64,000 bases of DNA, taken from positions 32,001 through 96,000 of IMG/VR virus record IMGVR_UViG_3300028610_002211; one strand, given 5' to 3'. Positions 1-9,206 of the stretch are shown piece by piece. Position numbers and translations under genes: made by a program. Position 1 is the stretch's first letter, and every line of letters begins with the position of its first letter. The notes beneath the pieces were generated by a model. The model did not search any database. It had not been told where the DNA came from and worked only from the letters and a program-made list of their open reading frames with translations. The DNA comes from a virus.

Positions 1-25
1 TAGTGTGGGTTAGTTTTGGTTTAAG

Positions 26-262
26 ATGAAAACGTGCAAAGTGAATAAATGCCCAAACCATGCTCCAAATTTAATTATTATTTGGAATGGTTTGAATGAA
101 AATTGTCCACTTTGTGCGGCTTATAAAGCGAATAGGAGGCTTGCCAAAAGGGTTGAAAAACTGAAAACGGTGAAAGTGCAACTTTTAGAAAGATTTGAAA
201 AACTTTTGCCAAACCTAAAAAAAAGAAACAAAAAACGAAAAAAGGATGATATACCTTTCTAG
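26..262 (+). CDS. hypothetical protein (Cys-rich N-terminus, basic coiled coil)
   Basis: ORF with CxxxxC/CxxC; co-oriented with neighbours. Confidence 0.55.
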   Translation: MKTCKVNKCPNHAPNLIIIWNGLNENCPLCAAYKANRRLAKRVEKLKTVKVQLLERFEKLLPNLKKRNKKRKKDDIPF

Positions 263-298
263 TTTTGAGTTTCAACAAACCAAAAGGAAACAGAGAAA

Positions 299-652
299 AT
301 GACAAAAGAAAAAGAAAAGAAACCACGGAAACCACAAGAAGTCAAACTTGCGAACCAAATCAAGAAAAAAGTCGGGTATAGCACAGACCCGCACACTTGC
401 GAAAACTGCAAACTCCACACAGAAGATGTGCCAGAACTGTTCAAGGGTTTCGATCTCGCCTGCACAAAGTTCAAAGAATTGGTTATCTTCGGAGTTGACG
501 AAGATGGTTCTTGCCAGGCGTGGATAAGGAGACCCAAACCGCGCACGGCAAAGGACGAAGAAACCACCAATTCCGAAGGATCGTCAAAGCCGCCGACATC
601 GCCGACATCGCCGACACCGCTGAAAAAGAAACTACCTGGCAAAAAGAAGTAA
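299..652 (+). CDS. hypothetical Cys-cluster protein with PTS-repeat tail
   Basis: AGGA/GAG upstream; CENC..C..C; (GCCGACATC)n repeat at ~590-617. Confidence 0.7.
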   Translation: MTKEKEKKPRKPQEVKLANQIKKKVGYSTDPHTCENCKLHTEDVPELFKGFDLACTKFKELVIFGVDEDGSCQAWIRRPKPRTAKDEETTNSEGSSKPPTSPTSPTPLKKKLPGKKK

Positions 653-704
653 AACCCATCAAACAGCGGATATTCTAACCTTATACAAATAAAGGCGGAT
701 TGAA

Positions 705-1361
705 ATGATTGGCAAACACAGGGGTGAAAAAGTTTTGGTTGTGCATGCTAACTTTTTGGATCAAATGGGCCTTAAAGAGGGTGTTAACGGATTGTCGTCA
801 ACTGAGAAGTTGAAGGTGATATTTGATTTTGGTAACGCTTTCTTTTGTGATCGGGCTTTGGCTGAAAAAAACGAAAACCTAAAACAGATTATACCATACG
901 CGATTTTTAAACACGATCACACGGTGTTTTCATATGTACGTGGCAAGGGCACCGATGAGAAGCGCTTGAAAGGTAATAGGTCAATTGGTATAGGTGGACA
1001 CATCAACCCGATTGATACAGTTGGCGTTGATGTAAGCCTCGATTTTAATGCTTATCGACGAGCGCTTACGCGGGAGATCAACGAAGAAGTCGAGTTTTTC
1101 GCGGTTGGCACTTACGATCAACCAAAGCCGATCGCTTTTATCAACGACAACACCAACCCGGTTGGGCGCGTTCATCTTGGTATTGTTCATCTTTGCGAAT
1201 TACCTTCGAAATGTGTCAGAAGAAAAGAAGAACAGATTTCCGAAAGTGGGTTTTTGCCGTTAACCGAACTTGATCGACACAGTGCAACCCAAACGGGCGG
1301 CGGAAAACGAGAACAACTTGAGTCGTGGTCACTGCTTTGTGTTGATTATCTCACCGGTTGA
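705..1361 (+). CDS. NUDIX-family phosphoesterase (COG4112/YmaB-like)
   Basis: KQIIPY, SIGIGGHINP, REINEEV (Nudix box), VGRVHLG motifs. Confidence 0.85.
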   Translation: MIGKHRGEKVLVVHANFLDQMGLKEGVNGLSSTEKLKVIFDFGNAFFCDRALAEKNENLKQIIPYAIFKHDHTVFSYVRGKGTDEKRLKGNRSIGIGGHINPIDTVGVDVSLDFNAYRRALTREINEEVEFFAVGTYDQPKPIAFINDNTNPVGRVHLGIVHLCELPSKCVRRKEEQISESGFLPLTELDRHSATQTGGGKREQLESWSLLCVDYLTG

Positions 1362-1540
1362 TCTTGGAAGGTTTCGCCCTAGTACTTGCCTTTTGTCTTT
1401 TTGCGTTTAACGTCTGTTGCACAATTTTAAAACTACAGAACAAAGAATATGTCAATTCGCTAGTCTTACTTGTGTTTGGTTGGTTGTTGTTTTTTGCTTT
1501 TTTTGTTTTAACAAAAAGGAGAAAGATCAAAAATGAATAA
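1358..1540 (+). CDS. small two-TM membrane protein
   Basis: two hydrophobic stretches; overlaps both flanking genes. Confidence 0.55.
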   Translation: MILEGFALVLAFCLFAFNVCCTILKLQNKEYVNSLVLLVFGWLLFFAFFVLTKRRKIKNE

Positions 1541-2366
1541 TATATCAATTTTTGACGATATACCGGGGCGCCATAAAAGGGATGACAAAAAAGGAAAAGA
1601 GCCGGTTGAAGACATTGGCGAAGTCTTCAAAGAGCCGATAAGGCACAAAACGTATGCAAAGCTTTTGCATCATACGCCGATTTGGATTTTGCCCCATGCG
1701 ATCCGAAAGTGTACAAGTACGGTTGAAAAAAGAGATACAAGTGATGATGCCAAAGATTTTGGCCCGAAAGACAAACGCATGATCGCAAAGAGGTGTTTGA
1801 AGCTTGGGCGTCCGTTTGATCCACTTGATCCACCTCATGAGAGTGTTTTAGAACACATCAGTTATACTTTTGAGATGTTTTTTTCGCGCACTGTTTTACA
1901 AGAACTGTCTAGGACAAGGATCGGAATTTCGCTCAGTATAGAATCAACAAGGGCCGCGTTGAAAAAACTACTCGAAGGGCTTGGTCCCGAAGATTTAGAC
2001 AAAATTAAAATGTTGATTCATAATACGGGCGATGACGAAATTGACACCGAAGCGGCTAGACAAATTTCAAATGTTGCAGGATACAAAGAGCGCGAAGTTA
2101 AAAACGACGTTGCTAAATATGGCTTGCCTGAGTGTTTTATGACAACGGGCGTTGTCACGATGAATATCAGAAGTCTTCGACACTTGTTCGCACTGCGCAC
2201 AAGTCCTCGGGCGCTCGAAGAATATCAACAGCTTTGTTTTTCAATGGCCGCTTGTATCCCAGAAACTCACCGCTTTCTGTTTCAGGATAGGATCCACTTT
2301 GGCGCGGCTCCACAGGCATTTCTGGACGTTTGGCCAGATCCAAAGGTAGATTGGTTTGACGAATAA
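1533..2366 (+). CDS. thyX: flavin-dependent thymidylate synthase
   Basis: HESVLEH, SRTVLQELSRTR (RHR-equivalent), SIESTR, LPEC, MNIRSLRHLFALR; SD AAGGAG. Confidence 0.9.
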   Translation: MNNISIFDDIPGRHKRDDKKGKEPVEDIGEVFKEPIRHKTYAKLLHHTPIWILPHAIRKCTSTVEKRDTSDDAKDFGPKDKRMIAKRCLKLGRPFDPLDPPHESVLEHISYTFEMFFSRTVLQELSRTRIGISLSIESTRAALKKLLEGLGPEDLDKIKMLIHNTGDDEIDTEAARQISNVAGYKEREVKNDVAKYGLPECFMTTGVVTMNIRSLRHLFALRTSPRALEEYQQLCFSMAACIPETHRFLFQDRIHFGAAPQAFLDVWPDPKVDWFDE

Positions 2367-2499
2367 AAGCGACCGTTCAGAGCCGTTCTGGCCCCTTTCA
2401 GAGCAAAATTTATTTTTCAGGCAATCGTAGGTTATCACGGCTTCACTTGGTACGATTTTGGTTGAAGCTTGGCAATTTCTCTGTTTTTGCTTCTCTGGG

Positions 2500-2531
2500 C
2501 TCGGTCGTTTAACGGCGACCGAGTTTTTTTT
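2500..2531 (+). terminator. intrinsic terminator
   Basis: CTCGGTCG/CGACCGAG stem followed by T8. Confidence 0.8.
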
Positions 2532-2561
2532 ACTTTTTCTTGCGAATGGTCGTTTTTTTTG

Positions 2562-2596
2562 TTGACAACTGAATTAGAATGATTAAGCTTATAGTA
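2562..2596 (+). promoter_or_regulatory. sigma70 cassette promoter
   Basis: TTGACA-16-TAAGCT; predicted +1 = A of ATG 2596. Confidence 0.75.
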
Positions 2597-3450
2597 TGAG
2601 CAGCGCAACACACAAAGGAGAAAACAAAATGAACGCCAAAGACAGAAATTTCGCAGAAATCACGGACAAAATCATTGCCAAACTCGAAGAAGGTACGGTG
2701 CCTTGGCATTGCCCTTGGGGAATGGCCGTTAACTTGAAATCGGGTAAGTCATATACAGGGATCAATAGCTTGGTGCTCGGTATGGCCGGTCATGAGTCCA
2801 AATTCTGGGGGACTTACAACCAAATCAAAGCGTTAGGCGGATACGTCAAAAAGGGCTCGAAGGCCCAAACAATCATTTATTGGGGTTGGGTCGAAAAAGA
2901 AGAAATTGACGAAGAGACCGGCGAAAAAGAAGTGGTTCGCCGCTTCCCAATTCTCAAAACGTTCAAGGTTTTCAACTTCGAGCAAACCGCTAATTTGACT
3001 GAGCCCAAAGTTGACACTGAAATAGTTAATGTTGATTCGATTGTAGACGGTTATGAACACTGCCCGGTCATCAATTACGGTGGTGAAAAAGCTTATTACA
3101 GACCGTCTACCGATTCGATCGGCATGCCACCGCGCGGCAATTTCGATAGTGACGCGGAACACGCTTCGACGTTGTTTCACGAGATGGTACACAGCACCGG
3201 TCACGAAAGCCGCTTGAATCGTGACGGGCTCAAAAACATCAACTTTGGCTCACAGAATTACAGCCAAGAAGAATTGGTAGCCGAACTGGGCGCAGCGTTT
3301 CTTTGTAACCAGGTTGGGATCGTTGAGCGTACGATCGACAATAGCGCAAACTACATTGCCGGTTGGCTGAGAACCCTGAAAAATGACAAAAAGATGATTG
3401 TTTTCGCCGCTGCACAAGCCCAAAAAGCCGCCGATCAGATTCTTGGTTAA
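2596..3450 (+). CDS. ardC: ArdC-like ssDNA-binding/zincin antirestriction protein (second start 2629)
   Basis: VPW..PW, YTGIN, WGTYNQ, VKKGSK, FKVFN, AYYRP..D.I.MP, HEMVHSTG, YSQEELVAELGAAFL. Confidence 0.9.
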   Translation: MSSATHKGENKMNAKDRNFAEITDKIIAKLEEGTVPWHCPWGMAVNLKSGKSYTGINSLVLGMAGHESKFWGTYNQIKALGGYVKKGSKAQTIIYWGWVEKEEIDEETGEKEVVRRFPILKTFKVFNFEQTANLTEPKVDTEIVNVDSIVDGYEHCPVINYGGEKAYYRPSTDSIGMPPRGNFDSDAEHASTLFHEMVHSTGHESRLNRDGLKNINFGSQNYSQEELVAELGAAFLCNQVGIVERTIDNSANYIAGWLRTLKNDKKMIVFAAAQAQKAADQILG

Positions 3451-3465
3451 TTCTCGCCTTTTTTG

Positions 3466-3494
3466 TTGACTTCTGAATTCAACCCCCTTAAAAT
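3466..3494 (+). promoter_or_regulatory. sigma70 promoter of the same family
   Basis: TTGACT-TCTGAATT..-17-TAAAAT. Confidence 0.7.
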
Positions 3495-3521
3495 CAAACT
3501 GTCTGACACAACAAAGGAGTA

Positions 3522-3734
3522 ATGATGATTGTCAACATTCAACTGAAAAAAGTGTTTCGGGTCGAAAGAGACGTTTCAACGAAAGAGGGCGATCCTATTT
3601 TAGAGTTTGCTTTCGAAAATGGTTACGAAATGAGGTTGCCGATCGAACATGTTGATTTTGTCGGTATCAACTTTGAAACCGATGACGACGAAGAAAAAAC
3701 TTCAGAACAAACAATAAAAGAGGTTGATGCATAG
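3522..3734 (+). CDS. hypothetical protein
   Basis: SD AAGGAG downstream of promoter. Confidence 0.7.
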   Translation: MMIVNIQLKKVFRVERDVSTKEGDPILEFAFENGYEMRLPIEHVDFVGINFETDDDEEKTSEQTIKEVDA

Positions 3735-4129
3735 TGACTAGTGAGCAGAATACAGACACAGACCGTCTAATAAAGCGCTGTGCCTCTTTGATTGAAGAAA
3801 ACAAGGTGTTGGCCCAACGAAGAAAAGAAGCGCTTAGAAGCCATTTAGACGAACGCACAATAAACCTTAAATTAAGAGAGTCTATGATCCGAGCCGGTCA
3901 ACTTTTGGGTGAACGGTTTGGTTCTTGCCCTCTTGACGTTTTTGAATGGAGTCACCCGAACACTTGCGATCGTCAATGTGGAAAAGACGGCGGAATTGAA
4001 AAAGGCGGCGTTTGTATCGGTTACGGTGTAGACAGAAAAACGGCGACGGATCAACAGATTGAAGTTTGTTGGAACCTCTACTTGATCGAATATGGCAAAA
4101 AGGCATATGTAAAAAAAATGAAAGGTTGA
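3734..4129 (+). CDS. hypothetical protein
   Basis: SD GAGG; stop/start overlap. Confidence 0.65.
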   Translation: MTSEQNTDTDRLIKRCASLIEENKVLAQRRKEALRSHLDERTINLKLRESMIRAGQLLGERFGSCPLDVFEWSHPNTCDRQCGKDGGIEKGGVCIGYGVDRKTATDQQIEVCWNLYLIEYGKKAYVKKMKG

Positions 4130-4242
4130 TCCGAATGAAAAAGCTATTTTCAGAAGAAAGAAAAGCTGGATTCAACTCTGTTTTTGAAAGTGTTGAAAAA
4201 GGCGGTGTTTGTATCGGTTGCGGCGCAGACAGAAAAACGGCG
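3996..4242 (+). repeat. 50-bp imperfect direct repeat (3996-4045 / 4193-4242)
   Basis: 46/50 identical; both copies encode EKGGVCIGxGxDRKTA. Confidence 0.85.
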
Positions 4243-4434
4243 CTCGAAGCCGCATTGAAAAACACTAACGAAGAATTACAATACTTGACAGAATTGAAAG
4301 AACAATTAACGATAGCGGCCGGTAAAAAACGGCGCGTTGTCAAAGAAATGAGCCGAAAACTGAGCCAAAAACGAAAGCGAACCGCTATAAATCAAATTGT
4401 TACTTTAATGGATAGCGAAAGAGTAAAAGAATAA
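4135..4434 (+). CDS. hypothetical protein
   Basis: ATG 4135 after AAGG; coiled coil. Confidence 0.6.
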   Translation: MKKLFSEERKAGFNSVFESVEKGGVCIGCGADRKTALEAALKNTNEELQYLTELKEQLTIAAGKKRRVVKEMSRKLSQKRKRTAINQIVTLMDSERVKE

Positions 4435-4474
4435 CCAAACCCGATCGGCAAAACTGTTTATCAAGGGGTGAAAA

Positions 4475-4726
4475 ATGGCAATCGAAATCAAAGTAACTCG
4501 GATTATCTATAAAGCCAAACAAGGCAAAAATTGTTACACAATTGAAGAAAAAAAACACAAAAATAAAAGTGTTTTTTATATTGGTGAATACGGCTGTAAC
4601 TGTATTAGAGTACCCAACACGATTACAACGCCGGAAGAAGCGGTTTTGTGGTTCAAGATCATTTTAAGAAAGCGAAACACGATTGTAACGATCGAAGAAT
4701 TGGAGCTGTTAGGGGTTAGAACATGA
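4475..4726 (+). CDS. hypothetical protein (paralog of 7886)
   Basis: SD GGGGTG; ITTPEEAVLWF motif. Confidence 0.7.
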   Translation: MAIEIKVTRIIYKAKQGKNCYTIEEKKHKNKSVFYIGEYGCNCIRVPNTITTPEEAVLWFKIILRKRNTIVTIEELELLGVRT

Positions 4727-5250
4727 GTGATTTTGTGTGTCGACGTTGCGGTGATTGTTGTAGCGCTTTCGAGTTGTCCACGGTGAAAGATAAAGAAGCA
4801 GAACGCCTTGACCCTACAAAGCTCTGCAAACCGTCTGTAGGCTCTGATAGACAGATCATAAAGCTAGCCCGGGACTGGTTGTCCGAGTGGTTCAGAGACG
4901 GTGTCTGCTCATTCTATGACCAAAATGAAGGGTGTACAGTCTACAACGATCGGCCAAACCTTTGTAAAAGGTTTGAATGTGGTGGAAAATTCTTTATCGG
5001 GTTGGTTACTGCGGTATCGGGCGGGATTTATCACGATCGGCGACTCAAACCCGAAAGGAAAAAAGAGCTGTTTCTTGAATTCTTAAAAGATCGATATGAG
5101 TTTAAAAACCCGCTGATTGTTGAACCATGTCACTATTGCCTAAAACAGGCCAGACCGTGTCATATTGTTTATGAGGGGAAACACTATTGTTCTATTGATT
5201 GTCACTATCGTGAAAATTTTCCCGAAAAAGGGGGCGAAGATGGCAACTAG
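4723..5250 (+). CDS. YkgJ-family CxxCxxCC cysteine-cluster protein with C-terminal Zn finger
   Basis: CRRCGDCC, CSFYD..GCTVYNDRPNLCKRFEC. Confidence 0.8.
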   Translation: MSDFVCRRCGDCCSAFELSTVKDKEAERLDPTKLCKPSVGSDRQIIKLARDWLSEWFRDGVCSFYDQNEGCTVYNDRPNLCKRFECGGKFFIGLVTAVSGGIYHDRRLKPERKKELFLEFLKDRYEFKNPLIVEPCHYCLKQARPCHIVYEGKHYCSIDCHYRENFPEKGGEDGN

Positions 5251-5872
5251 GCGTGAAAAATACGACGCATATATAAAATGGAAAAGTGGCGATGAAAGGA
5301 TCAAGGTTTTAGCCGAAGAACTTGGGATGAGAAAAGTTACTTTAAAGGACTTTTTCAAAAGGGTTTCTTCCAAAGACAAACCTGGTTTTGAAGAATACCT
5401 TCAAAAATGGCTAGATTTCGAAGTTGGAACCGAAAACAGCCCAGATGCTATTAGAGAAGTTGTTTTGCGTCTTATACATAGGGATGAAAACGATATTAAA
5501 GAAACAACGTTACTACTCAATAAGTTGAAAATGCAAGCCATTGTCAAAATAGCAAAAATGATTGGTGTTAGTAAGTACGGCAAAAAAATAAAATTGATCA
5601 AAAGAATTCTAAAAGCAGACGGCTTTTACCATTTTATTTTGGAGGAAAAAATGTGCGAAGAAGTAAAAGAAGAAGTAAAAAAAGAAATGAAAAAACCATC
5701 GATTTCTTTATCTGTTGAAATTGACAGGTTAGAAATCGGCGAAGTGATATTGATAAATAGAACCAAACATGTCTGTATTGAAAAAGACGATTTGAATTAT
5801 AAATATAAATTGGTCAAATTGATACCACAAAAACGGCAAAAAAAAATAAAGAGGAAGGCAGCACTTAAATGA
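5240..5872 (+). CDS. hypothetical protein, possible HTH plus SAP/Rho-N-like helices
   Basis: ATG 5240 after GGGGG; LAEELGM, LNKLKM..IAKMIGV..KKIKLIKRI. Confidence 0.6.
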   Translation: MATRREKYDAYIKWKSGDERIKVLAEELGMRKVTLKDFFKRVSSKDKPGFEEYLQKWLDFEVGTENSPDAIREVVLRLIHRDENDIKETTLLLNKLKMQAIVKIAKMIGVSKYGKKIKLIKRILKADGFYHFILEEKMCEEVKEEVKKEMKKPSISLSVEIDRLEIGEVILINRTKHVCIEKDDLNYKYKLVKLIPQKRQKKIKRKAALK

Positions 5873-6114
5873 GCGGGGAGGGTAAAACCTACAAAGCGTT
5901 GTTCGACAATGTTGTATATTTGAGCAAGGTTAATGTGTCAATTGCACATATCGAAAGGCTTTGCGCGATTCTTGATAAGCAAGACGAAGAATTTCAGCAT
6001 TTGAAAAAACAGATTGGCGAGTTAGAAACGCGTATTGAAAGAATGGAGAAAAGTTTTGGTGGCGAATCGGTAAAAAAGCGGTATTGTTTTGAAAATGGCG
6101 TTAGTAGGAGATAG
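5869..6114 (+). CDS. hypothetical coiled-coil protein
   Basis: ATGA overlap with upstream stop. Confidence 0.65.
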   Translation: MSGEGKTYKALFDNVVYLSKVNVSIAHIERLCAILDKQDEEFQHLKKQIGELETRIERMEKSFGGESVKKRYCFENGVSRR

Positions 6115-6118
6115 GTAA

Positions 6119-6322
6119 ATGACCTATAAAATAATTTGGAGAAATGAAGCGGATAGATATTCGAGCCAAAGCGCCTTTTTGGCCGAAGTTGTTGGAATAG
6201 ATTGTTACATCTTTCAGATTGCGCCTTATGACGAGCGCAAGCGCAAGCGGTTAAGTCACTATTTCGATTTAGAGGCTTTAAAGGCATTACAGACCAAACT
6301 GAACAAGTATTTAAAGGAATAA
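6119..6322 (+). CDS. hypothetical protein
   Basis: SD AGGAG/AGGT. Confidence 0.65.
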   Translation: MTYKIIWRNEADRYSSQSAFLAEVVGIDCYIFQIAPYDERKRKRLSHYFDLEALKALQTKLNKYLKE

Positions 6323-6327
6323 GGGGA

Positions 6328-6585
6328 ATGAAAAAGACAATTATCATTGTTGACGATCCATTAGAAGATACAGACCAAGACGACTTTAAAAAACGGCGCG
6401 AAGCGCTCAAAGATTGGTTCAGAAAACCAAATTGCCTGCCACTACCATCACCATATCACAGCAGGGATTTGGTACTTCAACATACCAAATACTGTGTATT
6501 CCACAAAGATACACAGCTCAATGGGGACGGGTTGTGTTCGGACTGCTTAGGAATGGTTAAAAAACGTACAAAGAAAAAAAGATGA
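6328..6585 (+). CDS. hypothetical protein with terminase Walker-B-like segment
   Basis: IIIVDDP...RREALKDWF; C-terminal C..H..CxxC. Confidence 0.6.
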   Translation: MKKTIIIVDDPLEDTDQDDFKKRREALKDWFRKPNCLPLPSPYHSRDLVLQHTKYCVFHKDTQLNGDGLCSDCLGMVKKRTKKKR

Positions 6586-7094
6586 AAGTAAGAAGAATTA
6601 AACCAAAAAAGGGCCAAGTGCTTTGGTTGTGCTCAGTCTTTGATGGGAAGATTGAGTTTGAAGAGTGGATCGTTAGGTCGATTCAAAACAGAACATTTAA
6701 ACCTATGATTCTTCGATTGCTTGGCGCACCTCGAAAAGCCGTTGTCGTTTATCTTGTTCGCAAGGTGAAAAACGACACTTGGATTAAAATCTCAAAAAAG
6801 CATTTTGATTGGGGTTGGTCCAAAAACATACCATCGATTTATCGGTTAGAATTCTATTTGAATGAAGACGGGACAATCGATGGTTGGCACTTGCCATACA
6901 CAACCCGGTTGCAAGCGGCCCGAGCTTGTCTCAAGTTTGAAAAAGAGATGTTGACCGAACACGAAAAACACCTTGAACACGCTTTGACGGCCGAAGAAAC
7001 CGCCGAAATAGAAGAAGACATAGCAGATTATAGGAAAGGGGTAACAGCGGCAAAAAGGGCGATTACTTGCGAACAAAAAAAGGATAAAAAATGA
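6582..7094 (+). CDS. hypothetical protein
   Basis: ATGA overlap; long ORF. Confidence 0.7.
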   Translation: MKVRRIKPKKGQVLWLCSVFDGKIEFEEWIVRSIQNRTFKPMILRLLGAPRKAVVVYLVRKVKNDTWIKISKKHFDWGWSKNIPSIYRLEFYLNEDGTIDGWHLPYTTRLQAARACLKFEKEMLTEHEKHLEHALTAEETAEIEEDIADYRKGVTAAKRAITCEQKKDKK

Positions 7095-7420
7095 GAAAAC
7101 TGTCGCTATGGTTAGAGCGCTTTTACGACAAACGAGGGAGAATTCTTTACGGCCTACAACTTTTGACTAATTGCGGTTCTGTCAATCATTGTATCGGTGA
7201 TTTTAATGAAAAGGTGTGTCTGACACGGCTCAGAGCTGAGATATTGCGCGGTGACCACAGGGTGACACCCAAAGAGGCGGATACCGTTCTAAGGGCGCTC
7301 AACGAGCGCTTAAAGGTACCATATAACGAGAGTGACGCCGGTTATAGTGGTTTGGTTAAACCTTGCGGAGTTGAGACCCAAATTTTGCGTTTGGTGGTAA
7401 GATACGAATACAATTGTTGA
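7091..7420 (+). CDS. hypothetical protein
   Basis: SD AGGA; coupled start. Confidence 0.6.
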   Translation: MRKLSLWLERFYDKRGRILYGLQLLTNCGSVNHCIGDFNEKVCLTRLRAEILRGDHRVTPKEADTVLRALNERLKVPYNESDAGYSGLVKPCGVETQILRLVVRYEYNC

Positions 7421-7478
7421 CGAATTTAAAATAATAATTGGTGGTAAAACAATTTTTCATTAAAAGGGATAAAAAACA

Positions 7479-7892
7479 ATGGAAAAAACAACGGAAGAAA
7501 CAAAAGTAAAAAGACTCAGAAACGGGCAAACGGCTTTTATTGTTTGGCCAGATCTTAATATAAGAGACATTTATAAACACAAATACGATTTTGGCGTAGA
7601 ATTCGAAATTATTGAAGTCAAAATCTATTCAAGGGATCTTAAGTTTAACGATAGTTGGGTTAGAGATTATTATTTTTATTCCTATAAAATCTGTTTTGCG
7701 CGGAAAGAAGACGCGGATCGTTTAATGCCAAATAGGGATGGTGATCCGAATTGGGATCGACCATATGAGTATAACGAACCGTCAATCGGTGAAACACCCG
7801 AAGAAGCGATAAAAAACGCTTGTGCTGAAATCGAGCCGATGGTTTCGGGTTATGCAAGTATGTTTAGGCGATTACAACGAATTTCGTGGTAA
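7479..7892 (+). CDS. hypothetical protein (paralog of 10323)
   Basis: shared WD(R/K)P.EY..P motif. Confidence 0.7.
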   Translation: MEKTTEETKVKRLRNGQTAFIVWPDLNIRDIYKHKYDFGVEFEIIEVKIYSRDLKFNDSWVRDYYFYSYKICFARKEDADRLMPNRDGDPNWDRPYEYNEPSIGETPEEAIKNACAEIEPMVSGYASMFRRLQRISW

Positions 7893-8143
7893 AAATGTCA
7901 TTCATAATACAAGAAAATAGGGTTTGGGAAGTAACGGACCAAGACGGTAGAAAATACATATTGAAGAAGGCGCCTGATGGGTTGTTTATAGTCGGTCAAA
8001 TGTTGGAATACGAAACAGACGAGCTCGTTGCCCAAGTCGTAAAAACTCGAAAAGCGCCGATTTGGATAAAGACACCAACAGAAGCGGTTTGCTGGTATCA
8101 AACCAAGGTTGAGGGAACACCCAAAGGAGAAAAAACAAAATGA
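7886..8143 (+). CDS. hypothetical protein (paralog of 4475)
   Basis: IKTPTEAVCWY. Confidence 0.65.
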   Translation: MVKMSFIIQENRVWEVTDQDGRKYILKKAPDGLFIVGQMLEYETDELVAQVVKTRKAPIWIKTPTEAVCWYQTKVEGTPKGEKTK

Positions 8144-8796
8144 CGAATTTCGAAGAATTGTATCAAGAAATGATGGCTTTCGAAACAGAAGAAGAATGTC
8201 GCAAATTCTTATCGACTTGGGAAAAAGACCAATTGGTAGAATTTGCTAAACACCTTCAAGTTTATTACTATAGTTCTAAAAAAGGCTTGATTTTTGACAT
8301 TGTGGGCGCAACCAAAGGCGCCGAAATCAGATCGAGGATTATCAGCGATGAAGACACCATAAAACCACTAAAATTAAAAGAAGAAAGCTACATCACACTG
8401 AGGGAAGGCGCAAGGGCGTTCTATCAATTGATTGAGGATACCGTGCCAAGCTCCCCAGAACGGACTGAGGCGCTTAAAAAGGTTGAAGAGGCGTTGATGT
8501 GGGCAAATACGGCTTTGTCGCGTTATATGGCCTTACAGTCGAGCCCGGGACGGTCTATGAAAAGAAATGAAGAGCTGTTTTTAGACTATAGAGGGGAAAC
8601 CGGGCTCGATTGGCGCAATTTCACATTGAATCCCCTGGCCAAAACGCAACCAAAACAAGTTTGTCTAGGTTGTAAAAAACACCCTTGCGAATGTAAATTT
8701 TCAAATCGCATATGGGATGAAAAACATTGCACGTGTGGATCGTTGCGTATCGGGATTAATGCTGAATGTCCAAACGAAGATTGTGATCAAAGATGA
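8140..8796 (+). CDS. multidomain protein with central Acb2/Tad1-like helical hairpin and Cys-rich tail
   Basis: Y..LRE.A..F..LI...P.S.ER..AL.KVEEALMWAN; SD AAGGAG. Confidence 0.65.
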   Translation: MTNFEELYQEMMAFETEEECRKFLSTWEKDQLVEFAKHLQVYYYSSKKGLIFDIVGATKGAEIRSRIISDEDTIKPLKLKEESYITLREGARAFYQLIEDTVPSSPERTEALKKVEEALMWANTALSRYMALQSSPGRSMKRNEELFLDYRGETGLDWRNFTLNPLAKTQPKQVCLGCKKHPCECKFSNRIWDEKHCTCGSLRIGINAECPNEDCDQR

Positions 8797-8945
8797 AGCC
8801 GAGCACGATACCAACCATTTTGAAGGCGTTGGCGGACAAGAAACAAGGTCCAATAGTTGCTGGTTACTTGATCGTGCTGATTATTGTTGTTTTTATCGAA
8901 CTTAGACGAAAAAAGGCGAAAAATGGACAAAACACAAAAAAGTAA
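8793..8945 (+). CDS. 50-aa single-TM peptide (not in ORF track)
   Basis: MKPSTIP..IVAGYLIVLIIVVFIELRRKK; ATGA overlap. Confidence 0.6.
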   Translation: MKPSTIPTILKALADKKQGPIVAGYLIVLIIVVFIELRRKKAKNGQNTKK

Positions 8946-9195
8946 TCCATCAGTAACAGAGATTGTGAAAGATTGGTTGAAAGAACACGGCTTTGACGGG
9001 CTTTATAATGTTGATTCACAATGCGGTTGCGCGGTTGACGATTTTGCGCTTTGTGGTCAAATTTATTTAGACTGTCAAGCCGGTTATAAAGCTAAAATGG
9101 GTAGCGATTCTGAAGACGATTATGGTATTGGTCCAGAAAAAGACCTGTGGTATTGGTCCACAAGAGCTCAAAAGGTAAAAACAAAAAAGAAATAA
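8923..9195 (+). CDS. hypothetical Cys-rich phage protein
   Basis: WLKEHGFDGL..CGC..D..C..C.AGYK. Confidence 0.7.
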   Translation: MDKTQKSNPSVTEIVKDWLKEHGFDGLYNVDSQCGCAVDDFALCGQIYLDCQAGYKAKMGSDSEDDYGIGPEKDLWYWSTRAQKVKTKKK

Positions 9196-9206
9196 GGGGT
9201 TGATTT

